The notes beneath the pieces were generated by a model. It was given only the letters and a program-made list of their open reading frames with translations, did no database searches and was not told where the DNA came from. Shown piece after piece: positions 29,928 through 38,199 of a DNA stretch of 52,220 nucleotides. A program made the translations under genes and the position numbers. Within the stretch, counting starts at the first letter, position 1; each line of letters starts with the position of its first letter. Source of the DNA: a virus; the IMG/VR virus record IMGVR_UViG_3300045988_100671; one strand, written 5' to 3'.

Positions 29928-30594
29928 GACCACCTTCAAGACCATACCCCTGGCCGACATCGTCGAGTGCCCCTACAATCCCCGTGTGGCGATCGAGCGG
30001 GACACGCCGGAGTATGACGCCCTGCGCCGCAGCCTGGAGCAGCATGAGGTGGTGGAGCCCCTGGTGGTGAACATCCACAACATGAGGTGCGTGGGAGGAA
30101 ATCAGCGTCTCGCGGTTATGCGGGACATGGGCATTACCGAGGCCCTGTGCTCCATCATCGACCAGCCCGATGAGGTCCAGGAGAAGAAGCTCTGTCTGGC
30201 CCTGAACCGGATAGACGGCCGGTGGGACACCGACAAGCTGGGCGATCTGCTGCGGGACGACGACGTCCTGGAGTGGGAGACCGGCTTCGACGAGGCGGAA
30301 GTCCGCCTGTACCGGCAGCTTGAGGACGCCCAGGAGCCGGATGCCGACGACGACGCCGAAGACCTGGACGACCTGGAGGATGAAGACCAGGAGGAAACCG
30401 AGGGGGATGACGAGGAGGAAGACGCGCCCGAGGAGGGCACGATCAACACCACCGTCATCCGCATCGGCCACTATTCCTTCAAGGTCGAGTATTCCGCCTA
30501 CAAGCGCCTGGTGGACACCATCATGGACGACGGCATCTTCTCCGGGCCGGACATCGAGGCGGAGATCAAGAGGAGGCTGCTGGAAAATGATTGA
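29917..30594 (+). CDS. ParB-like nuclease-domain protein 2
   Basis: IVECPYNPR ... VGGNQRLAVM. Long D/E-rich linker. Confidence 0.75.
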   Translation: MQYKTTFKTIPLADIVECPYNPRVAIERDTPEYDALRRSLEQHEVVEPLVVNIHNMRCVGGNQRLAVMRDMGITEALCSIIDQPDEVQEKKLCLALNRIDGRWDTDKLGDLLRDDDVLEWETGFDEAEVRLYRQLEDAQEPDADDDAEDLDDLEDEDQEETEGDDEEEDAPEEGTINTTVIRIGHYSFKVEYSAYKRLVDTIMDDGIFSGPDIEAEIKRRLLEND

Positions 30595-32134
30595 GCTGGT
30601 ACCCATTGAATCCGTTCACGCATCGGAGTATAACCCCCGGCGGAACGATGAAAAGCGCCTGGCCTTGACGGAGCTGTCCCTCCGAAAGCTGGGCTTCCTG
30701 CTGCCGATCTACGCGGACCGCAGCGGGGAAATCTTGAGCGGACACCAGAGGCACCTTGTTGCCTCCCGCATGGGCTTCACCCAGATTCCGGTCGAGTATG
30801 TCAGCGGGAAGGACCTGGGAGAGCGGAAGGCTGTGAACGTCTTGTTCAACCGGGCGACCAACGACCTCCAGAAGCAAGACACCTGCGACATCATCCGGCG
30901 CCGTCTCTATGAGATGGACGTGGAAAGCATGGTGGACGGCCTGCCGGACATCACGCCGGACACCGTCGAATCCTTCCCGTGCGTCTTCTGCCTGCACCGG
31001 CGGGACACCGTTCAGCTCGCCAAGGCCAACCACCGGAGCTTTGACACCCACACCCGGCAGCTCGCCAAGAGCCTGGAGCGCCGCATCGGGACGGCAATGC
31101 CCATCGTGATTGGCGCAAGCGAGAACGTCATCAACGGCATCGGCCGCCTCCAGGTGGCAGCGGAGGCCAAGCGGCCCGTGGTCCGGTGTGTGGTCGTCAC
31201 CAAGGAGCAGGAGGCCTTTGCAACGGCCATGCTGAACCTACTGTCCATGGACTTTGACATCGCCTCCTATGCGGACGACCTTCGGTACAACTCGTTCATG
31301 CGGGAGCGGAACACCAGAGAGACCGACGCCGAAGGAAACGCAGCCCTGGGAGACGGCTTCTTCAAGGGCGTGTTCCCGAAGAACCGTGGCCGGGACTTCT
31401 GCAAGCTGGAGGGCGCGGCCCTGGAGGCGTGGCGCCGTCACTATGGCTCCAGCGTCGTGGACTTCGGAGCAGGAAAGCTGAACAACACCCGCACACTGCG
31501 GAAGGCTGGAATCCATGTGGCTGCCTTCGAGCCGTACTTCGTGACCGTGGGCGAGAATATCCACAAGGCCAAGAGCGTGGAGATCGCAGAGAAGTTCCTT
31601 GACGATGTGGAGGCCGGGACGCCCTTCACGTCCGTCTTCATCTCCAGCGTGTTCAACAGCGTTCCGTTTATGGCAGATCGGAAGCAGATCGCGGTGATCG
31701 CCGCCGCCCTGTGTTCGCCCGGAGGCCGGACGGTCTGCTGGTGCCAGAGCAATAAGGCCCCGCAGTTCGTGAACACCAAGAAGAAGTTCCTGGCGGCCGA
31801 GAAGACTTTAACCTTCGACCTGGACTACGAGCCCAACACCATCCTGGGAGACATCGGGAACCACCCGAAGGCCCAGAAGGGGCACACCGAGGAGGAGATG
31901 CGGGAAATCTTCGCCCCGTGCTTCCGCAAGGTTGACCGGCTGGAAATGATTCAAAAATTCTGGTACATGGAGGTGTCGGAGCCCATCGTGGACCCGGAGG
32001 CCCTGGGCGCTGCCCTGGACTTCGAGTTCGAGCTTCCATACCCGGACGGAACCCGAATGGGGCTGTCCGAGCGGGCCCGCAAGGCCTTTGAGCATCGCCT
32101 CGGCGTCTCCATCCCGAGAAAGGAGAGCACATGA
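30587..32134 (+). CDS. ParB-like domain fused to a class I SAM-dependent methyltransferase-fold domain
   Basis: ATG 30587. N-terminal VHASEYNPR...LSGHQRHLVA. C-terminal VVDFGAGKL (motif I), VAAFEPY and FISSVFNSV. No DPPY/N6-N4 motif seen. Confidence 0.75.
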   Translation: MIELVPIESVHASEYNPRRNDEKRLALTELSLRKLGFLLPIYADRSGEILSGHQRHLVASRMGFTQIPVEYVSGKDLGERKAVNVLFNRATNDLQKQDTCDIIRRRLYEMDVESMVDGLPDITPDTVESFPCVFCLHRRDTVQLAKANHRSFDTHTRQLAKSLERRIGTAMPIVIGASENVINGIGRLQVAAEAKRPVVRCVVVTKEQEAFATAMLNLLSMDFDIASYADDLRYNSFMRERNTRETDAEGNAALGDGFFKGVFPKNRGRDFCKLEGAALEAWRRHYGSSVVDFGAGKLNNTRTLRKAGIHVAAFEPYFVTVGENIHKAKSVEIAEKFLDDVEAGTPFTSVFISSVFNSVPFMADRKQIAVIAAALCSPGGRTVCWCQSNKAPQFVNTKKKFLAAEKTLTFDLDYEPNTILGDIGNHPKAQKGHTEEEMREIFAPCFRKVDRLEMIQKFWYMEVSEPIVDPEALGAALDFEFELPYPDGTRMGLSERARKAFEHRLGVSIPRKEST

Positions 32135-32826
32135 GAGACAACACAAATCCTACCGGGGCATGGGAGTTCAACGGCGAGGTTGCTGCCTGCTTCGCAAATA
32201 TGCTGGAGCGCAGCATCCCGGACTACCGATCTATGAGAGCCCTGGTCTATAACGCCGGAGAGCGGTTCGTGAAGCCCGACACCCTCATCGTTGATGTCGG
32301 GTGCTCCACCGGCCTGGCTGTGGAGCCGTTCGTCACCAAGCATCGGGACGAGAATGACTTCCTGCTGATCGACAACGCACCGGCCATGGCGCAGGCCTGC
32401 CGGGAGCGCTTCTGCTCCGAACCTGCTGTTACGGTGAAGGAGGGAAATCTCTGGGAGTTCCTTCCGCTTGAGGACCGGGCGAGCCTGGTTCTTTCTGTAC
32501 TGTCCATGCAGTTCATGCCGACGGCATACCGGCGCTTTATGCTGCGCCAGATCTGCGAGAGCATCGTCGATGGCGGCGCTCTGATCTATGTTGAGAAGGT
32601 TGTGGCCGGGAGCCTGGACGATCTGATGGTGGACCTCTACTACCAGATGAAGCGGGAGAACGGGTACACCAACGAGCAGATCATGGCGAAGCGCCGGAGC
32701 CTTGAGAACGTCCTCTCCCCTCTGGAGCCCGAGTGGAATGAAGCCATGCTCAAGGAGGCGGGCTTCCGGCGGGTACAAATGTTCTGGCGCTGCCTCAATT
32801 TCTGCGGGTGGATTGCCGTGAAATAA
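32131..32826 (+). CDS. cmoA: CmoA-like carboxy-S-adenosyl-L-methionine synthase homologue
   Basis: Matches the E. coli CmoA sequence as I recall it along its full length. Blocks: WEFNGEVAACFANMLERSIPDYRS, VDVGCSTG, IDNAPAMAQACR, GGALIYVEK, KRENGYTNEQIMAKRRSLENV, LKEAGFRRVQMFWRCLNFCGWIAVK. Confidence 0.85.
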   Translation: MRDNTNPTGAWEFNGEVAACFANMLERSIPDYRSMRALVYNAGERFVKPDTLIVDVGCSTGLAVEPFVTKHRDENDFLLIDNAPAMAQACRERFCSEPAVTVKEGNLWEFLPLEDRASLVLSVLSMQFMPTAYRRFMLRQICESIVDGGALIYVEKVVAGSLDDLMVDLYYQMKRENGYTNEQIMAKRRSLENVLSPLEPEWNEAMLKEAGFRRVQMFWRCLNFCGWIAVK

Positions 32827-32850
32827 CCCAGACGTAAGGAGAGGAGTGAA

Positions 32851-33366
32851 ATGCCGAAACGCAGCGAAACGAAGCCGTGGGAGCGCCAGGACAAGGAGGG
32901 CGAGAAGCCTTTTGAGGCCTTCGTCATCTACCGGGATATGGGCGAGAAGCGCACACTTCAAGCCGTTGCGGACAAGTTGCGGAAAAGTTACACTCTCATA
33001 CGCCGTTGGAAGGACACCTGGGCGTGGGAAGATCGCGTCCGGGCCTACGACAATAACTTGCAGAAGGAGGCCCATGCGGAGGCGGTCAAGAAGGCCCGCA
33101 AGATGGCGGACCGGCATATCGGCATAGCTCTGAAATTGCAGGCCAAGGCCATGGAGGCCCTGGAGAAGATGGACGCGGAGGACATCGACCCGAAGAACCT
33201 GGTCGCCTTCATCAGGGAGGCCACCAAGCTGGAGCGGGAGAACCGCCAGGACATTGTCCAGATGACCGACCCGGACCGTGGAGAGGAAGGCGGTTCCACG
33301 AGCCTTGCTGATGTCATTTCCGAGGCCTGGGAGAGGAGGCGGAAGCAGAATGAAAATGACAGCTGA
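32851..33366 (+). CDS. terS: Terminase small subunit
   Basis: RBS aggagagga. N-terminal HTH-like FEAFVIYRDMGEKRTLQAVADKL. Directly upstream of the large terminase. Confidence 0.75.
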   Translation: MPKRSETKPWERQDKEGEKPFEAFVIYRDMGEKRTLQAVADKLRKSYTLIRRWKDTWAWEDRVRAYDNNLQKEAHAEAVKKARKMADRHIGIALKLQAKAMEALEKMDAEDIDPKNLVAFIREATKLERENRQDIVQMTDPDRGEEGGSTSLADVISEAWERRRKQNENDS

Positions 33367-34783
33367 CGCCATCCTTTACTACGCCGACAATCCGGTGGAC
33401 TTTGTGGAGGACGTCATCAGAGCCAAGCCGGATGCCAACCAGAGGGACATCCTGAACAGCGTGGCCCGGTACCCCATGACGTCCGTGAGAAGTGGACACG
33501 GTATAGGCAAGAGCGCGGTGGAGAGCTGGCTTGCGATCTGGTTCCTGACCACCCGGCCGTACCCGAAAATTCCCTGCACAGCTCCTACGCAGCACCAGCT
33601 ATGGGACATCCTGTGGGCCGAGATTGCGAAGTGGTTGAGAAACAACCCGGCCCTGGCGAATGACCTGATCTGGACAAAAGAGAAGGTCTACATGAAAGGA
33701 CACCCGGAGGAATGGTTTGCCGTAGGACGAACGGCCAGCAAGCCGGACGCCCTCCAGGGCTTCCATGCAGACCACGTCCTCTACATCATCGACGAGGCCT
33801 CCGGCGTCAAAGATGAGATATTTGAGCCTATCCTCGGCGCGCTGTCCACCGAGGGCTCCAAGCTGGTGATGTGCGGGAACCCCACCAAGATCACCGGCTT
33901 TTTCTATGACAGCCACCACAAGAACCGCGAGCAGTTCAACGCCATGCACATAGACGGGCGAAGCTCCAGCCGAGTTGACCAGGACTTCGTTGACACCATC
34001 ATTGATATGTTCGGTGAGGACAGCGACGTCTTCCGCGTCCGTGTGGCTGGGGAGTTCCCGAGGGCCCTGCCTGACAGCTTCATACCGATGGAGTGGGCAG
34101 AGCGGGCCAGCGAGGCGAAGGCCCCGGAGATTGAGCAGGTGACCCGCGTGGACATCGGAATCGACGTTGCGCGGTACGGAGACGATAGCTCCGTGATCTC
34201 CCCCGTTCTGGACCGTAGGGTCCAGGAGGAGCCGGAAGTCTACCACCACAACGACACCATGCAGCTCACCGGCATGGCTGTTATATGCGTCAAGAAGTAC
34301 GCCAGAGCTCACCCCTGGGCAGAAATCCATGTGAAGATCGACTGCGACGGCCTGGGCGTCGGCGTGTTCGACCGTCTCATGGAGCTCAAGGAGCAGATCG
34401 TTGAGGAGATCGAGCGGGAGCGCGAAGGCCTCTACGAAGACGACGACGCGCCGCCTGCGATGTCCCTGGACATCGTCGAGTGCCACTTCGGCGGAGAAGG
34501 CGGTACTGTGAATGACGCCGACCCGGTGGAGTACCAGACAAGCACCGGCCTGATGTGGGGCACGGTGAGAGAGGCCCTGAGGACCCAGAGCTTAAAGCTG
34601 TGGCCTGATGACAAGCAGATTTCGCAGCTCTCCAACCGGCGGTACGTCGTGAACAGCGCTGGCAAGATCGAGCTGGAGAAGAAAGAGGCCATGAAAAAGC
34701 GCGGTCTCTCCTCTCCAGATATGGGAGACGCCCTGGCCCTGGCCCTCTACGACCCGCTGGTGAGCGACTGGAGCATCAACTAA
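33350..34783 (+). CDS. terL: Terminase large subunit
   Basis: Walker A-like VRSGHGIGKS and Walker B LYIIDEASGV. Nuclease half with IGIDVARYGDDSSV. Confidence 0.9.
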   Translation: MKMTADAILYYADNPVDFVEDVIRAKPDANQRDILNSVARYPMTSVRSGHGIGKSAVESWLAIWFLTTRPYPKIPCTAPTQHQLWDILWAEIAKWLRNNPALANDLIWTKEKVYMKGHPEEWFAVGRTASKPDALQGFHADHVLYIIDEASGVKDEIFEPILGALSTEGSKLVMCGNPTKITGFFYDSHHKNREQFNAMHIDGRSSSRVDQDFVDTIIDMFGEDSDVFRVRVAGEFPRALPDSFIPMEWAERASEAKAPEIEQVTRVDIGIDVARYGDDSSVISPVLDRRVQEEPEVYHHNDTMQLTGMAVICVKKYARAHPWAEIHVKIDCDGLGVGVFDRLMELKEQIVEEIEREREGLYEDDDAPPAMSLDIVECHFGGEGGTVNDADPVEYQTSTGLMWGTVREALRTQSLKLWPDDKQISQLSNRRYVVNSAGKIELEKKEAMKKRGLSSPDMGDALALALYDPLVSDWSIN

Positions 34784-34793
34784 AGGAGGCAAT

Positions 34794-34985
34794 ATGAGTA
34801 AGCGAAAAACCTACCTCGCCTCCGCTGACGGATACCCAATGAAGTACATCCGGGCAAACACCGCAGCGGAGGCCCGGGCCGAATACAAGAGAAAGACCGG
34901 CTTGACGTCTGGAAATCCGACGCTCCGGCAGGTCCTTGGCCGAAGGCCCAGACCGAGGGCCAAAAGAGAGCAAGGGGGCGAATGA
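34794..34985 (+). CDS. Small basic hypothetical protein
   Basis: RBS aaaggagg. 63 aa. Stop overlaps the portal start. Confidence 0.5.
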   Translation: MSKRKTYLASADGYPMKYIRANTAAEARAEYKRKTGLTSGNPTLRQVLGRRPRPRAKREQGGE

Positions 34986-37183
34986 CTATGGCTTTTTGGA
35001 ATAGGAACCGTGTCGGCCCCGGTTCCCGCCCCTATATGGACGGCGGACCCATGGTGCCCAGATGGACCAACCCGCCGGAGAGGAACACCGAGGAATGGAT
35101 TAGGACTTTCCGCACCAACCCGCGCCTTGCGGTTGTTGAGCGCATCGCCTCTGACCTGTCCTTTGCGGAAGGAAAGCTGTTCCGCGTGGATGAAAACGGA
35201 GACGAGCAGGAGATCGCGGCACACCCCTTCCTCGACTTCTGGGCGAACCCGAACCCGCTGCATGAGATGAGCAGCGCTGCCTTGTGGAGGCTGCTGGAGA
35301 TTTATCTCAAGCTCAAGGGTGAAGGGTACTTCATCATGGAGCGGGACGAGTTCGGGAGACCGGCGGAGCTCTGGCCTGTCCCGACCCATTGGGTGCAGAT
35401 GACGCCGTACCAGGGCTTCCCGTACTACACGGTACGGCTCACCAACGGCCAGCTCATGGAGGTCCCTGTGGACGATATGTTCGTGATGAAGGACCTCGAC
35501 CCCTACGACCCCTTCAAGCGAGGCCTGGGTCAGAGCGAGGCCCTGGCCGACGAGATCGAGACCGATGAGTACGCAGCGAAGTTCCAGAAGCGCTTCTTCT
35601 TCAACGACGCCACGCCCAACATCATCATCGGGATGCCAAAGAGCACCGAAGAACAGCGGAAGCGGTTCCTTGCCGAGTGGATGCAGCGCTTCAAGGGCGT
35701 GTTCCAGAGCCACGGCGTCGCCACAGTAAACGGCGACGTCACGGTGAACAAGATCGGCGAGAGCATGAAGGACATGGACATGGTGAATGGCCGTACCTTC
35801 CTGCGGAACGCCGCCCTTGAGCACTACGGGGTGCCCCGGGAGATCATGGGTATTACAGAGAGTAGTAACCGCGCCACCAGTGAGGCGGCGCAGTTCATCT
35901 ACGCCCAAAACGTCCTCATGCCTATCCTGCGGCGCCGCGAGGAGGCCATCAATCACCAGCTTATCCCGTGGTTCGGAGACGACCTGGTGTGGCACTTCGA
36001 TGACATCGTGCCGAGAAACCAGGAGTTCGACAAGGCCGTTGGCCTGGACGGCTGGAACGCCGGTCTGCTCACCAAGGACGAGGCCCGCGAGAAGCTGGGG
36101 ATGCCGCCCTGCAAGGTTGGCGGAGACGTCTACAAGACCCAGTTCTCCGATGTCTATGTCCACGAGGATGATGACCCGGCAGAGGTATCGACGGCAGCGG
36201 CCAACCTCCAGTACGCGGAGGGGGCTCCGCCTCTCGAAACCGGAGGCCAGCAGGAGATCGAGATTACCGACCAGGGAGAACCGCTGGACGACAGCAGCAC
36301 GGTGGAGATCGGGGACGGCTCCGACACCATCGAGCTGGAGGGCGTCAAGGCGGCAGACCGGAAGGCGTCCCGCCTCCAGCAGGCCCAAAGGCAGCTCCTT
36401 GAGGCGGAGCGCGAACAGGCGAGGCGTTTCGAGCTTGCCACGATGAAATACTTCCGGGAGCAGAACAACCGACTGGAGGCCGCCCTCGGCGGCACCCAGA
36501 AGGCCGACGCCTCTGTCTGGGACGCCCTGTTCGCCGCGATGCCTGACTATGGCGTCGTAGACGGCGCGTGGGTCCGTCTGGATGAGGCGGAGCGCGAGCG
36601 CCTGGTATCGCAGTTTGTTGCCGGTCTCATTGACTGGCCTGGAGAGGAGGCCGCCCTCAACGCCATCTTCGAGCCTCTGTGGAAAGAGAGCTACGACAAG
36701 GGCGCAGAGCTGGCAGCCAAGCTCCACGACATCACGGCCGTTCAGCGGCCGGAGCTGGTCAGCACCGCGAAGCTCCGGGGTGGCTCCCGGGTGCGCGGCA
36801 TTACCCAGACCACCAAAGACACCATCGGCCGCATCGTCTCCAATGCCCTGGAGCACGGTGACAGCCGAGAGACCATAGCCAAGCAAATCCAGCAGGAAAT
36901 GCAGACATCGGCCTCCAGGGCCCGGACCATCGCGGCCCAGGAGTGCAACACCAGCTTGCTCACCGGCAACTTCGACATGATGAAGAAGGCAGGGGCGGGC
37001 ACGAAGACCTGGCACGTCACCAATCCGGCCGTGGCTCGGCCATCTCACAAGAGGCTGAACGGCGTCACGGTTCCCATTGACGGCAAGTTCTCGAACGGCT
37101 GCCGGTTCCCGTGTGACCCGGATTGCAGCGACGCTTCCGAGGTTGTCAACTGCCACTGCTTCCTCACCTATGACAACTATTGA
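34982..37183 (+). CDS. Portal protein (HK97-type) fused to a Mu F / SPP1 gp7-like head morphogenesis domain
   Basis: Portal-like N-terminal 430 aa. The C-terminal RARTIAAQECNTS...TWHVTNPAVARPSHKRLNGVTVPIDGKF...NCHC is typical of the Phage_Mu_F domain. Confidence 0.85.
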   Translation: MTMAFWNRNRVGPGSRPYMDGGPMVPRWTNPPERNTEEWIRTFRTNPRLAVVERIASDLSFAEGKLFRVDENGDEQEIAAHPFLDFWANPNPLHEMSSAALWRLLEIYLKLKGEGYFIMERDEFGRPAELWPVPTHWVQMTPYQGFPYYTVRLTNGQLMEVPVDDMFVMKDLDPYDPFKRGLGQSEALADEIETDEYAAKFQKRFFFNDATPNIIIGMPKSTEEQRKRFLAEWMQRFKGVFQSHGVATVNGDVTVNKIGESMKDMDMVNGRTFLRNAALEHYGVPREIMGITESSNRATSEAAQFIYAQNVLMPILRRREEAINHQLIPWFGDDLVWHFDDIVPRNQEFDKAVGLDGWNAGLLTKDEAREKLGMPPCKVGGDVYKTQFSDVYVHEDDDPAEVSTAAANLQYAEGAPPLETGGQQEIEITDQGEPLDDSSTVEIGDGSDTIELEGVKAADRKASRLQQAQRQLLEAEREQARRFELATMKYFREQNNRLEAALGGTQKADASVWDALFAAMPDYGVVDGAWVRLDEAERERLVSQFVAGLIDWPGEEAALNAIFEPLWKESYDKGAELAAKLHDITAVQRPELVSTAKLRGGSRVRGITQTTKDTIGRIVSNALEHGDSRETIAKQIQQEMQTSASRARTIAAQECNTSLLTGNFDMMKKAGAGTKTWHVTNPAVARPSHKRLNGVTVPIDGKFSNGCRFPCDPDCSDASEVVNCHCFLTYDNY

Positions 37184-37193
37184 GGAGGCCAAC

Positions 37194-38180
37194 ATGGAAT
37201 TTACACCCGAACAGGCCAAGAGCGCAGCGGCCGCCGCAGGCATCGACCTGGAGGCGGAACGGTACGATCTGGAGGCCCTGACCGCCGGGATGAACGCCGA
37301 GCTGGAACATGGCTCCGCGAGCCCGGACACCAACATCACCAATGACGACCCCATTCTGACGGCGAAACTTGCGGCCGCGCACCTCCGCAAGTCGCCGTTT
37401 TATTATGCCCCCAAGCGGGGGCTCAAGGCATGGGAGGCTTCGCTCGGGAAGGGGGTGAAAGCCAAGAGCATGAAAACCGAGTACAAGACCCTCACGTTCA
37501 GAGCGGAGGAGTACGAGGAGGAAACCGGTATTTTCAGCGGCTACGCCGCCGTGTATGGCAACATCGACAGCGGCGGCGATGTGATAGAGCCCGGAGCCTT
37601 CACGAAGACAATCGCCGAAGGCTGGGAGCGGGTCAAAATCCTGGCCCTGCACAACGACTGCTGGCTTCCCATCGGCCGCCCTCTGGAACTCCGGGAAGAC
37701 AGCAACGGCCTTTTCATCAAGGCCAAGGTCAGCGACACTTCGATGGGGCGCGACATCAAGGTGCTGCTGAAAGACGGCGTACTCAACGAACTGTCCATCG
37801 GTTACGACCCTGTTGTGTTTGACTACGACGAGAACGGCATCCGCCATCTGCGCGAAGTCAAGCTGTGGGAAGTCTCCGTCGTTACCTGGGCTATGAACCA
37901 GGAGGCGGTCATCACCGATTACAAGCAGCTCGGAGAGGACGCAGACCGGGCCACCAAACTGGTGGCCGACGTTGCGGCCGACATCAAAGCCGGTCGCAAG
38001 ATCAGTGGGGCGCGTTTGAAGGCCCTCCAGGACGCCCAGGCGTCCATGAAGGCGGCCGTCAAGGCCCTGGACGGTATCATTGCGGAAGTCCAGGACAACG
38101 ACAGCCAGAAGGCCCGCAGAGCGCCCCAGAGGGCCAGCAAGAGCGCCAGCGCTGGCACCACCATTGAAATCATTCTTTAA
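37194..38180 (+). CDS. Prohead protease (HK97 family) with N-terminal extra domain
   Basis: ATG 37194 after gaggagg. FSGYAAVYGNIDSGGDVIEPGAF...LHNDCWLPIG...ELSIGY...EVSVVTWAMN. Confidence 0.85.
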   Translation: MEFTPEQAKSAAAAAGIDLEAERYDLEALTAGMNAELEHGSASPDTNITNDDPILTAKLAAAHLRKSPFYYAPKRGLKAWEASLGKGVKAKSMKTEYKTLTFRAEEYEEETGIFSGYAAVYGNIDSGGDVIEPGAFTKTIAEGWERVKILALHNDCWLPIGRPLELREDSNGLFIKAKVSDTSMGRDIKVLLKDGVLNELSIGYDPVVFDYDENGIRHLREVKLWEVSVVTWAMNQEAVITDYKQLGEDADRATKLVADVAADIKAGRKISGARLKALQDAQASMKAAVKALDGIIAEVQDNDSQKARRAPQRASKSASAGTTIEIIL

Positions 38181-38199
38181 CACAAGGAGGAAACGCACT

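Noticed and set aside
34811-37390. Very long antisense ORFs: 34811-37390 (859 aa), 2629-4404, 38170-39768, 45996-47759, 31951-33372, 16655-17962, 37164-38642 and others.
   Set aside because: They lie opposite well-supported genes (portal, DGR target, capsid, tape measure and so on). Their translations are low-complexity and Arg/Gly/Ala/Val-rich, and they lack RBSs. Such ORFs are the expected stop-codon-poor antisense frames of GC-rich DNA.
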